From contig SVGM01000016.1 in NCBI GenBank assembly GCA_015056365.1, forward strand, positions 3,826 through 67,825: a stretch of 64,000 bases of DNA. The letters are read 5' to 3'. The DNA comes from Clostridiales bacterium. GTDB lineage: Bacteria > Bacillota > Clostridia > Christensenellales > Aristaeellaceae. The stretch's first letter is position 1; each line of letters starts with the position of its first letter. The notes below the pieces were generated by a model. That model had not been told where the DNA came from. It made no database searches and saw only the letters and a program-made list of their open reading frames with translations. Of the stretch, positions 55,407-64,000 are shown in pieces. The position numbers and the translations under genes are program-made.

Positions 55407-56835
55407 GGAAGTCACATTCGATCCAGCGGCAGACACGCCTACCGTTGTTCAGGAAACCGCCATCGAAAAACAGAATACCCTTAACCGACTTTCGGACAAA
55501 GTCCACGGCCTTTTGATGAATGCCGTCAGCCATCTTCGGCTTTCCCTGACGCTGCGAATCGCTCTGCACAGCGCAGGACAATTGCTGCGTACCACCATTC
55601 CGGTGCTACTGACGGTGACCATCGCCCTGTGCGCGCTGGAGATCCCGCATATCCGCACGGCGCAAAGCGCCGTAGCTGCCCTTGAACCCGCCCAGGAACT
55701 GATATACGCGCCGGAACAGCTGCTGGGGCTTTCGGTGACAGAAGCCTATCTGCTGGAGGAGAACGCCGAATCTGCGGACATGAGCTTTGGACAGCAGGTC
55801 AAGCTGCTGTTTTCCACCCTTGGTCAAGGAGAACCCCGGTGTATCAAGGTATACAGTGAAACGGAACAGGGCGGACTAGTAATCGCCTATCCTGTCACGC
55901 GCCTGCTCCAATCCCTTTCGGTCATGTTCTGGGTGGTGCTGTGCTGTGATTTCCTGCGAGTGATTCACTTGATCAACCACCGCAACCGCCTGAATCAAAA
56001 GGTGCTCAAGCCCATTTCCGACATGGCCGAAACCGCCGCCACCCTCAGCGCCAACAACCTGAGCGACCGCATCAGCGTGGACGGCGCCAAAAACGAACTG
56101 AAGGACCTGGCGCTGGTCATCAACGGCATGCTGGACCGCATCGAGCTGAGCTATAACAGCCAGAAGCAGTTCGTCAGTGACGCCTCCCACGAGCTGCGTA
56201 CGCCCATCGCCGTGATCCAGGGCTATGTGAGCATGCTGGAACGCTGGGGCAAAACCGACAAAGAGGTGCTGGACGAGGGTATCGCCGCCATTTCTCAGGA
56301 GGCTTCCAGCATGAAGGAACTGGTGGAACGGCTGCTGTTCCTGGCACGGCACGACAAAAAGACGCTGATGCTGGAGATGGAAACCTTTGATCCCCTGGAA
56401 GTGATGAGTGAACTGCACCGGGAAGCCAAAATGCTCTCCAGCGAGCATACCTTTGAACTCGCTCCGGCTGAAAACGCCACAATCAGCGGCGACAAGGGCA
56501 TGATCAAACAGCTGATGCGCGTGCTGGTGGACAATGCCATCAAATACACGCCCGCTGGCGGCACCATCACCCTGGGCATGCGCAGAGAAGCAGGTCAATG
56601 CGTGCTTTCCGTCACGGATACCGGCGGCGGCATTTCCCCCGAGGATCTCACTAAGGTCTTCGACCGCTTCTACCGCTGCGATGACGCACGAAAATCCCAG
56701 ACCAGCGGTCACGGACTGGGACTCTCCATCGCCCGTATCATTGCCGTGGCACACGGCGGCAGAATCCGCGTTCGCAGTAAAGTAGGCACTGGCACCACCT
56801 TCTCTGTATTCCTGCCCTTGGAGGAACGTGCCTGA
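55390..56835 (+). CDS. Sensor histidine kinase (HAMP-HisKA-HATPase)
   Basis: H-box (SHELRTP), N (DNAIKYT), G1 (DTGGGI) and G2 (GHGLGLS). Overlaps the response regulator gene by 17 nt. Confidence 0.9.
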   Translation: MSKKHKEVTFDPAADTPTVVQETAIEKQNTLNRLSDKVHGLLMNAVSHLRLSLTLRIALHSAGQLLRTTIPVLLTVTIALCALEIPHIRTAQSAVAALEPAQELIYAPEQLLGLSVTEAYLLEENAESADMSFGQQVKLLFSTLGQGEPRCIKVYSETEQGGLVIAYPVTRLLQSLSVMFWVVLCCDFLRVIHLINHRNRLNQKVLKPISDMAETAATLSANNLSDRISVDGAKNELKDLALVINGMLDRIELSYNSQKQFVSDASHELRTPIAVIQGYVSMLERWGKTDKEVLDEGIAAISQEASSMKELVERLLFLARHDKKTLMLEMETFDPLEVMSELHREAKMLSSEHTFELAPAENATISGDKGMIKQLMRVLVDNAIKYTPAGGTITLGMRREAGQCVLSVTDTGGGISPEDLTKVFDRFYRCDDARKSQTSGHGLGLSIARIIAVAHGGRIRVRSKVGTGTTFSVFLPLEERA

Positions 56836-56880
56836 TTTCATCGTTTTTCTTTTGCTTGGTCGGGGATGTCCGGCTGGTGA

Positions 56881-56942
56881 AACACATGAAAACAAGACCC
56901 CGGCAAGGCTCAGCAGCCTGCCGGGGTCTTGTTTTCATGTGT
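56881..56942. terminator. Very long (~29 bp, one bulge) inverted repeat between the convergent HK and nfnB-like genes
   Basis: AACACATGAAAACAAGACCCCGGCAAGGCT, loop cagc, AGCCTGCCGGGGTCTTGTTTTCATGTGTT. Confidence 0.7.
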
Positions 56943-58330
56943 TATTTGTTTTGCAGATACTCGTCGATGGCTGTAGCGGCGTTCTTACCCGCACCCATGG
57001 CCAGAATGACCGTAGCCGCGCCGGTGACCGCGTCACCGCCTGCGTAGATGCCCTCGCGGGAGGTCTTTCCGGTTTCCTCTTCGACGATGATTCCGCCCCA
57101 GCGCTGGGTTTCCAGGCCTTCAGTGGTGGACTTGATCAGCGGATTGGGAGAAGTACCCAGCGCCATGATCACGCAATCCACAGGCAGGTCGAATTCGCTG
57201 CCCTCCACAGCCACGGGACTGCGACGGCCGGATGCGTCGGGCTCGCCAAGCTCCATCTGCTGACAGCGCATGCTGTTGACCCAGCCCTGCTCATTGCCGC
57301 CGATGGACAGCGGATTGGTCAGGAACCGGAACACGATGCCCTCTTCCATGGCGTGTTCCACTTCCTCACGGCGGGCAGGCAGTTCGGCCTCGGTACGGCG
57401 GTAGACAATGCTGACCTCCGCGCCCAGACGGCGGGCGCAGCGGGCTGCGTCCATGGCCACATTGCCGCCGCCGACAACGGCCACATGCTTACCGCGCTGG
57501 ATAGGCGTACTGCTGTCCTCACGGTAGGCCTTCATCAGATTGATACGGGTGAGGAACTCATTGGCGGAATACACACCCTTGAGGTTTTCGCCCGGAATAC
57601 GCATAAACTTGGGCAGGCCTGCACCGGAACCAATGAATACAGCCTCGTAGCCGTATTCCTGCATCAGCTCGTCAATGGTGATGGTCTTGCCGATGACCAC
57701 GTTGGTTTCCACCTTCACGCCCAGCTGGATGAGAGTGTCCACTTCCTTTTGCACAATGGCCTTAGGCAGACGGAACTCAGGAATGCCGTATACCAGCACG
57801 CCGCCAGCCAGATGCAGGGCTTCGTAGACAGTTACATCGTAGCCCTTCTTGGCCAGGTCGCCTGCGCAGGTAAGGCCGGAGGGACCGGAGCCGACAATGG
57901 CCACTTTATGTCCGTTGGAGGCAGGCTTCTTCGCAGCTTCCGTGGCATGCTCATTATGCCAGTCCGCAACAAAGCGCTCCAGACGGCCGATGGCCACAGG
58001 CTCTCCCTTGATGCCGCGGACGCACTTGCTCTCGCACTGACTTTCCTGCGGGCATACGCGGCCGCAAACAGCAGGCAGGGAGCTGGCTTCCGTGATGATC
58101 TGGTAGGCAGCCTCAAAATCGCCCTTGGCAACTTCCTGGATAAAGGCAGGAATGTAGATTTTCACCGGGCAACCGCCCACGCAGGGCTTGTGCTTGCAGT
58201 TGAGGCAGCGCTGCGCCTCGTCGATGGCCTGCTCCTCGGTATATCCCAAAGCGACCTCGTTAAAGTTCCGACTACGCTCCACCGGATCCTGGGTGGGCAT
58301 GGGGTTCTTTTGCAGAGCCATATTAGGCAT
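56942..58330 (-). CDS. nfnB: NADPH-dependent glutamate synthase beta-chain-like oxidoreductase (NfnB/SudA type)
   Basis: Two N-terminal Fe-S motifs (CLNCKHKPCVGGCP, CGRVCPQESQCESKC) and two Rossmann folds (GSGPSGL, VVGGGNVAMD). Confidence 0.8.
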   Translation of the reverse strand: MPNMALQKNPMPTQDPVERSRNFNEVALGYTEEQAIDEAQRCLNCKHKPCVGGCPVKIYIPAFIQEVAKGDFEAAYQIITEASSLPAVCGRVCPQESQCESKCVRGIKGEPVAIGRLERFVADWHNEHATEAAKKPASNGHKVAIVGSGPSGLTCAGDLAKKGYDVTVYEALHLAGGVLVYGIPEFRLPKAIVQKEVDTLIQLGVKVETNVVIGKTITIDELMQEYGYEAVFIGSGAGLPKFMRIPGENLKGVYSANEFLTRINLMKAYREDSSTPIQRGKHVAVVGGGNVAMDAARCARRLGAEVSIVYRRTEAELPARREEVEHAMEEGIVFRFLTNPLSIGGNEQGWVNSMRCQQMELGEPDASGRRSPVAVEGSEFDLPVDCVIMALGTSPNPLIKSTTEGLETQRWGGIIVEEETGKTSREGIYAGGDAVTGAATVILAMGAGKNAATAIDEYLQNK

Positions 58331-59171
58331 TGTTCTCTACCCCCTTGAACAGATTGCAGGCAGCGTCGTGGGCGTGGCGCTCAAACTCGCGATAGGTAGC
58401 GCCACGAGCCATGGCCTCGTCAAAGTCGATCAGATGGCCGTCGAATTCAGGGCCGTCCACGCAGGCAAACTTGGTCTCACCACCTACGGTCAGGCGGCAG
58501 CCGCCGCACATGCCGGTACCGTCGATCATGATGGGATTCATACTGGCGACGGTCTTGATTCCGTACTGCTTGGTCAGCTGGCAGACGAACTTCATCATGA
58601 TCAGCGGACCGATGGTAATCACTTCATCGTATTCTTCACCGGACTCGATCAGTTTTTTCAGAGCGTCGGTCACCAGACCCTTCTCGCCCCAACTGCCATC
58701 ATCGCTCATACGCACCAGCTTGGTGCTGGCGGCAGCAAACTCATCCTCCAGAATGACCAGATCCTGATTACGGAAGCCAACGATGGCATGTACTTCGCAG
58801 CCCTGCTGATGCAGCTTCTTGGCCACAGGATACGCAATGGCGCAGCCCACGCCGCCGCCCACCACGGCCACTTTCTTCAGGCCGTCGGTATGGGTGGCGC
58901 GGCCCAGCGGGCCAACGAAATCGTGGATGTACTCGCCCTCGTTCAAATGGTTGAGCTTTTCAGTGGTAGCGCCCACCACCTGGAAAATGATGGTCACGCT
59001 GCCCTTTTCCCGGTCGAAATCCGCTACCGTCAGCGGAATGCGCTCGCCTTCCGCATCTACGCGCAGAATAATAAACTGACCGGGTTCCGCCTTTTTGGCC
59101 ACCAGCGGCGCTTCCACCTCCATCAAGGTAACGGTGGGATTCAGCACTTTCTTCCGAAGGATCCGATTCAT
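58323..59171 (-). CDS. nfnA: Ferredoxin-NADP+ reductase-like subunit (NfnA/SudB/PyrK type)
   Basis: FAD/NAD-binding fold plus a C-terminal 2Fe-2S motif (CGGCRLTVGGETKFACVDGP). Overlaps the nfnB-like start by 8 nt. Confidence 0.8.
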   Translation of the reverse strand: MNRILRKKVLNPTVTLMEVEAPLVAKKAEPGQFIILRVDAEGERIPLTVADFDREKGSVTIIFQVVGATTEKLNHLNEGEYIHDFVGPLGRATHTDGLKKVAVVGGGVGCAIAYPVAKKLHQQGCEVHAIVGFRNQDLVILEDEFAAASTKLVRMSDDGSWGEKGLVTDALKKLIESGEEYDEVITIGPLIMMKFVCQLTKQYGIKTVASMNPIMIDGTGMCGGCRLTVGGETKFACVDGPEFDGHLIDFDEAMARGATYREFERHAHDAACNLFKGVENNA

Positions 59172-59223
59172 TCCCTATTCCCCTCCCTCGGCCGGATCCT
59201 GTGTCCGGCCGGTCTCTCAAACC

Positions 59224-60351
59224 TTATGCAAAGAAGCTGTATACAGCTTCGATCACCTGTTGTCCCTGCTGGGCAGTCATGCCGTAGAACAGCGGCAGCC
59301 GCAGCAGACGCTCGCTGTCCGCCGTGGTCACGCGATCCTCGCCCACGAAACGGCCAAACTGCATACCCGCCTTGGCGCTGTGCAGGGGCACGTAGTGGAA
59401 CACCGCGTTGACGCCGTTTGCCTTGAGATGATTGATCAACGCGGCACGCTGTTCCTGAGAGTCCAGCTTGATGTAGTACATATGCGCGTTGTGCTGGCAC
59501 TCCTCAGGCACAAACATCTGCGTCAGCTTTCCTGCATCGGCCAGTTCGCGAAGTCCTTCATGATACTGATTCCAGCGAGCCATGCGCTCAGCGGTGATCA
59601 TTTCATGCTGCTCCAGCTGGGCCAGCAAATAGGCGGCGTTCAGCTCGCTGGGCAGGAAAGAGGACCCGATATCCACCCAGGTGTACTTGTCCACCTGTCC
59701 CCGGAAAAACCGGCTGCGGTCCGTACCCTTCTCGCGAACGATCTCCGCCCGTTCCAGCAGTTCAGGGTCGGTCAGCACCACCGCGCCGCCCTCACCCATG
59801 CTGAAATTCTTGGTCTCGTGGAAGCTGAAGCAGCCCACAGCGCTCATGCTGCCAGCAGCACGTCCCTTGTAGGTCGACGTGACGGCCTGCGCCGCATCCT
59901 CCACCATGGGAATGCTGTACTCCCGGGAGATCGCTTCCAGCGCATCCATATCGCAGCACACGCCAGCATAGTGAACCGGAACGATGGCACGGGTTTTGGA
60001 GGTGATCGCTGCCCTGACGCATTCCGGATCGAGGTTCATGGTATCCGGGCACACGTCCACAAACACAATCTGCGCGCCCCTGAGTGCAAAGGCATTGGCC
60101 GTTGAGCAAAAGGTGTAGGAGGGCATAATAACCTCGTCGCCGGGCTTGATGTCCAGCAAAATGGCCGCCATTTCCAGTGCAGACGTGCCAGACGTGGTCA
60201 GCAATGCGCCCTGCGCGCCCGTCAAACGGGTCAACTCCGCATGGCAGCGCTTGGTAAACTCGCCGTCGCCGCAGATTTTCCGGTTAGCAATCGCCTGGGC
60301 GATGTAGTCACTGCTTTCTTTCACATAGGGCGGTACATTAAACGGAATCAT
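59224..60351 (-). CDS. DegT/DnrJ/EryC1-family (WecE-like) sugar aminotransferase
   Basis: Trimmed to MIPFNVPPY. PLP-Lys context (FSFHETKNFSMGEGG). 375 aa. Confidence 0.85.
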   Translation of the reverse strand: MIPFNVPPYVKESSDYIAQAIANRKICGDGEFTKRCHAELTRLTGAQGALLTTSGTSALEMAAILLDIKPGDEVIMPSYTFCSTANAFALRGAQIVFVDVCPDTMNLDPECVRAAITSKTRAIVPVHYAGVCCDMDALEAISREYSIPMVEDAAQAVTSTYKGRAAGSMSAVGCFSFHETKNFSMGEGGAVVLTDPELLERAEIVREKGTDRSRFFRGQVDKYTWVDIGSSFLPSELNAAYLLAQLEQHEMITAERMARWNQYHEGLRELADAGKLTQMFVPEECQHNAHMYYIKLDSQEQRAALINHLKANGVNAVFHYVPLHSAKAGMQFGRFVGEDRVTTADSERLLRLPLFYGMTAQQGQQVIEAVYSFFA

Positions 60352-60535
60352 TGGTTCTCCCTCCGTAGCCGTAGTAGTCAGCGAAGGTATTATAGCATGA
60401 AAAAGACTTTGTGTCATCAGCGTTTGAGCAGTGCAGCCCGCAAACGGACAGGCGTCCTGCGACAAAGGATGATAACTGTCCAAGCGTACCCTGCAAAAAC
60501 CGGTTTGTCAAGAAAGATACAGCTTTGATACAACG

Positions 60536-60576
60536 AAAAAACGCCGTCGGTCGCTCTGGACCGCACGGCGTTTTTT
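60536..60576. terminator. Bidirectional-looking terminator after the choice-of-anchor-A gene
   Basis: AAAAACGCCGT pairs with ACGGCGTTTTT, and the loop holds an inner CGGTC/GACCG hairpin. A/T runs lie on both sides. Confidence 0.75.
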
Positions 60577-60579
60577 CCA

Positions 60580-61884
60580 TTATCCGCGCATGGACAGGGA
60601 ACGTACACCCATCTGTGTCAAGCGAATCTCGTAATGGCAGCAGGTTTCCATGAGCAGCAGATAATCCTCCTCCGGAGCCACTTCAAAGGAGAAAGCGCCC
60701 ATGCCGTTGCCCTGCCATACAGACAGTACTTGCCGGGTAGAGAGCAGCTGCAGCTTCAGCCGCCACTGACACTGACCATTTGGCAGTACATACCCTGCCA
60801 CGATCCCGGTTGTACAGCAGCAAATGCAGTCGGAGGCTGTGATCTCTTCCTGCGGAGGAAGCGACACAGGTTCGCAGGATGTCAGACCCGTCACACCACC
60901 AACAAACGGAAACCAGTGCAGTTCAAAACCGCTGCCTTCCTGTACCGTAATTCCGGCAAGGGCCGCATTGCCGTTGATGCTGCCGCCGGTGGTTCGGGAG
61001 TTCCACCGGGTCTGCGGCGCCAGCACACTGCCGTGAATCGCCGCCGGAACCGTCATTTCCACAGTGTTGGCGTCAAGGAGCACATACAACGTGCGTTGTG
61101 CCGCCTCCTCGCTCCCCCACAGACCATTGGCTACGGTAAGGGTATCGCCGCTGGTGATTCTGACAATGTTCAGGCTTCCTTGGGGCGTGTCGAAGGTCAG
61201 CGCACCCGTCAGCGAACCATCCTGCGGCCAGGCAAGATCAAACACATTCTGCTGAGGGTCTGTGCCGGTCAGCAGGAAACCGTCATCCTGCGGGACGACA
61301 CTGCCATTGGCCGAAAGGGCCGCCATCGCCTGTTGACTGCACAGAAGACTCGCCCGCGCATCCCGGAAAAATGCAGGGACGTCTGCGCTCAGTCTGGCGG
61401 CAGGAATCCGCCGCGACACGTCATAGCCTGAAATGATGTAATGGCTGCCGCTGTCCGTTGGCGCCCAATAGGGACTGCCGTCGGCCGCATATAGCGCAGC
61501 CAACTCCTCCTGCTGATTTTCAGCATCGCTTTTGCCGATCAGATAAGTACTGCCGCTTCCAACCTGAAACTCATTTCCGGAGGTGACTACATTGCCCACC
61601 ACCGTCAGCGCACCTGCGATGTTCACGTTGCCGCCTGCCAGAAACCGGATGACGTACGGGTCGTATGGAATGGTCTGCTGCCCCATCCGCCCAAAGCCGA
61701 TGGACATCCCGCGATAGCTGCTCACATTACCTTCGACAGCCGCTGCACCTTCCATATCGATGATGTTCTCCACACTGCCAAGAATGACGCCATTGTAACC
61801 CACTCCGTTGCCAAAGGGCTGGCCGGGGATATCCTGCCAGCGAAGGTCCTGATAAGGAACGCCTGTTAAGCTCGCCACCTGCAT
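60580..61884 (-). CDS. Choice-of-anchor-A-like protein without a signal peptide, with a Cys-rich C-terminal domain
   Basis: N-terminal GYNGVILGSVENIIDMEGAAAVEGNVS... resembles the choice-of-anchor-A / ice-binding-like beta-solenoid signature. Nine Cys fall in the last ~110 aa, including DCICCC and ETCCH. Confidence 0.6.
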   Translation of the reverse strand: MQVASLTGVPYQDLRWQDIPGQPFGNGVGYNGVILGSVENIIDMEGAAAVEGNVSSYRGMSIGFGRMGQQTIPYDPYVIRFLAGGNVNIAGALTVVGNVVTSGNEFQVGSGSTYLIGKSDAENQQEELAALYAADGSPYWAPTDSGSHYIISGYDVSRRIPAARLSADVPAFFRDARASLLCSQQAMAALSANGSVVPQDDGFLLTGTDPQQNVFDLAWPQDGSLTGALTFDTPQGSLNIVRITSGDTLTVANGLWGSEEAAQRTLYVLLDANTVEMTVPAAIHGSVLAPQTRWNSRTTGGSINGNAALAGITVQEGSGFELHWFPFVGGVTGLTSCEPVSLPPQEEITASDCICCCTTGIVAGYVLPNGQCQWRLKLQLLSTRQVLSVWQGNGMGAFSFEVAPEEDYLLLMETCCHYEIRLTQMGVRSLSMRG

Positions 61885-62020
61885 CTCTCCTTTCTGCCTG
61901 CAACATCCTTATGCTGAAAAAAAGAACATGTGCAAAACACCCGGCACGATTGAAGGTAAGCGACGAATTTGTTATGATATAAGATGATTCTTTACTGCAT
62001 AGTGGAGAGAGGGTGACAAA

Positions 62021-62887
62021 ATGCCAAGGGGATTGCTGGTGGTAAACGCCTTTTTGCGCACCAGTAAATTTGACGAACTATACCAGATTCTGGCCGACGC
62101 TGCAAAAGAATGTGGTATGGCGCTGGACGTCCAGACCAACGCAGAGCTGATCTGCGCCATGGAGACCGGTGAATTCCGTAAAGAGGATTACGCTTTCGTA
62201 CTGTTCTGGGACAAGGATGTTCTTCTGGCGCAGCGGCTTGAACAGATGGGAGTGCGCCTGTTCAACAGCGCGCGAAGCATTGCCCTGTGCGACGACAAAG
62301 CGATGACCTGGCTTGCCCTCAGGGAAACAGACATCCCCATGCCCCGCACCATTCCCCTGCCTAAAACCTTTTCCGCTGTGGGCTATCCATCGCTGGATTT
62401 TGCACGGTTGGGCGACGCGCTTGGGTATCCTGTGGTGGTGAAGGAATGCTTCGGATCCTTCGGGCAGCAGGTTTATCTGTGTGAAAGCCGGGCCGCACTG
62501 GAGCAGAAACTCCGTGAGCTGGCAGGTACACCGCTGCTTTTGCAAAAGGCAGTCACCGAAAGTCTGGGCCGGGACGTGAGGATCAACGTGGTAGGCGGCA
62601 AAGTAGTTGCCAGCATCCTGCGCAAGAGCAACGACGGAGATTTTCGCAGCAATCTGACCCTAGGCGGCTCTATGGAACCCTATACGCCCACGCCAGAAGA
62701 AGCCGCACTGGCAATCCGCGCCACAGCGCTTCTTGGCCTGGACTTTGCAGGCGTGGACGTGCTTTTCGGCAATGATGGCCCTATCCTGTGCGAGGTCAAC
62801 AGCAACGCGCACTTCAAGACCACCCTGTCCTGCACTGGGGTAAACATGGCTCTTTGCATCATGCAATACATTAAGGAACAGATCTGA
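62021..62887 (+). CDS. RimK-type ATP-grasp ligase (paralogue 1)
   Basis: Motifs seen: VVVKECFGSFGQQV, GDFRSNLTLGG, FAGVDVL...CEVNSNAHF. 288 aa. Confidence 0.8.
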   Translation: MPRGLLVVNAFLRTSKFDELYQILADAAKECGMALDVQTNAELICAMETGEFRKEDYAFVLFWDKDVLLAQRLEQMGVRLFNSARSIALCDDKAMTWLALRETDIPMPRTIPLPKTFSAVGYPSLDFARLGDALGYPVVVKECFGSFGQQVYLCESRAALEQKLRELAGTPLLLQKAVTESLGRDVRINVVGGKVVASILRKSNDGDFRSNLTLGGSMEPYTPTPEEAALAIRATALLGLDFAGVDVLFGNDGPILCEVNSNAHFKTTLSCTGVNMALCIMQYIKEQI

Positions 62888-63762
62888 TGAAACACACGAA
62901 CGAAAAACACTGCTGGCTGCTTTATGATCGACCCGATCTGGCGGTAAACCGCGACTATGCTGCATTGATGCGCACCCGGGGTGAAGCCTGCGGGCTGGAC
63001 ATTGAAGCAGTCACCATTCAGGAGCTTTCCCTGGGAATGAATGCGGATGGACAGCCGTTCCTACGCCGATATGGGCAGGATTGCAAGCCGGACGCTGTGC
63101 TGTCCCGGATGCGTTTTGACTGGATCAGCGAGCATCTGGAACGCATGGGCATTCCCGTGTTCAACAACAGCAAGGTGTGCCGTATCTGTAACGACAAGCG
63201 CAGAACCCATCTGTTTCTGAGCGGGCTGCCTATGGCAGAAACTCTGTTTGCCAATGACTCGGCCGAACTGTCTGATCTGCCTGCGTGGCCGCAGGTGCTC
63301 AAGCCGGCGCTGGGCCACGGCGGAGAATCCGTTTCTCTAATCCAAAGCGATCAGGAATGGGCACAAAGCTCCGAAAGACTGAAAGGCCGTCCGGCGCTTT
63401 GCCAGTCGGTTGTGAAGACGCCCGGTCGCGATCTGCGGGTATATGTGCTGTTTGGCCGAATCATCGCCGGCGTGATGCGCACCGCTCACAGCGGCATCGT
63501 CAGCAATTTCAAGCTAGGCGGCGATGTACAGCTGCACACGCTCACCGAAAAGGAAACCGTACTGGCAAATGCCGTCATCCAGCGCTTTGAGCAGGCAGGT
63601 GCTCCCCTTTGCATGGCTGGCGTTGATCTGCTGTACAACGGCGATGAGCCTGTGATCAGCGAGGTAGAAGATGTGGTAGGCAGCCGGATGCTTTACAAGG
63701 TCAGCGATATTGATCTGGCTGACCTGTATCTTCAGGAAATCAAAAAACGGTTACACATGTAA
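62887..63762 (+). CDS. RimK-type ATP-grasp ligase (paralogue 2, variant Mg site)
   Basis: Its start overlaps the upstream stop (TGATG). Motifs seen: VLKPALGHGGESV, IVSNFKLGG, MAGVDLL...SEVEDVVG (E-V-E where E-x-N is expected). Confidence 0.75.
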   Translation: MKHTNEKHCWLLYDRPDLAVNRDYAALMRTRGEACGLDIEAVTIQELSLGMNADGQPFLRRYGQDCKPDAVLSRMRFDWISEHLERMGIPVFNNSKVCRICNDKRRTHLFLSGLPMAETLFANDSAELSDLPAWPQVLKPALGHGGESVSLIQSDQEWAQSSERLKGRPALCQSVVKTPGRDLRVYVLFGRIIAGVMRTAHSGIVSNFKLGGDVQLHTLTEKETVLANAVIQRFEQAGAPLCMAGVDLLYNGDEPVISEVEDVVGSRMLYKVSDIDLADLYLQEIKKRLHM

Positions 63763-63841
63763 CTTTTTTCTTGAATATTCGACGACACTTTGCTATAATA
63801 TGCAATCATTAGTCTATTTTTCCAGAAAGGTGGCCACTGTT

Positions 63842-64000
63842 TTGGAAGCACAAGTTCGTATCTGTATGTTTGGCGGTTTTAATCTCTACATCAATGACGA
63901 GTGCCAAAACGCCTCCGTACTCAAGTCAAAGAAAGGCCTTGCTCTTCTGCAGTACACCATTCTCAAGCACGACTCCGCCGTGTCCAACCACCGCCTGATC
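63842..64000 (+). CDS. 5' end of a SARP/BTAD-type (OmpR-like winged-helix) transcriptional regulator that runs off the right edge
   Basis: Open frame from TTG 63842 (or GTG 63830). It reads LEAQVRICMFGGFNLYINDECQNASVLKSKKGLALLQYTILKHDSAVSNHRLI, the typical N-terminal pattern of this family. Confidence 0.4.
   Translation, partial: MEAQVRICMFGGFNLYINDECQNASVLKSKKGLALLQYTILKHDSAVSNHRLI

Noticed and set aside
61972-62160. A 62-aa minus-strand ORF overlapping the start of the first ATP-grasp gene, as a possible RiPP precursor.
   Set aside because: It lies antisense to the ligase's 5' end and has no SD. It has no Thr/Ser/Asp/Glu-rich core typical of graspetide precursors.

Overview
This is a GC-rich, strongly GC3-biased chromosomal segment from a spore-forming Firmicute of class Clostridia. 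Gene content looks Oscillospiraceae/Ruminococcaceae-like, but that is inference only. I call about 56 protein genes. I saw no rRNA or tRNA genes, CRISPR arrays, transposases or integrases.

Most of the window is core housekeeping:
- Metabolism and storage: ilvE; a glycogen operon (glgB-like, glgC, glgD, glgA); an FGGY kinase with araD; glmS; nfnAB-like.
- Protein quality control: tig-clpP-clpX; groES-groEL with a perfect CIRCE operator.
- Translation and DNA: rpsF-ssb-rpsR; mutY; a folT-nth-obg-yhbY string behind a THF riboswitch.
- Transport and envelope: a heterodimeric ABC exporter; a small glycan-priming cluster (sugar transferase, nucleotidyltransferase, galE); trkHA; a MATE pump.
- Sporulation: spoIID, a SpoIIQ-like M23 protein, spoIIID and mreB/mbl.
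- Regulation: an OmpR/HK two-component pair.

The items most worth a second look are:
1. An intact but apparently catalytically dead, CBM48-less GlgB paralogue that leads the glycogen operon.
2. A 2,577-2,579-aa cyclic beta-1,2-glucan-synthase-type giant protein. Its GT84 motifs are intact, but its GH94-like C-terminus seems to lack the catalytic-acid motif.
3. A small PD-(D/E)xK protein plus an SNF2 helicase, translationally coupled onto the end of the obg-yhbY operon.
4. Two translationally coupled RimK-type ATP-grasp ligases. They lie next to a leaderless, Cys-rich choice-of-anchor-A protein and a SARP/BTAD-like regulator that runs off the window edge.
5. A glmS gene with no room for a glmS ribozyme and a 10-nt tandem repeat inside its promoter.

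All functional calls come from reading the translated ORFs and motifs by eye. No database search was run.
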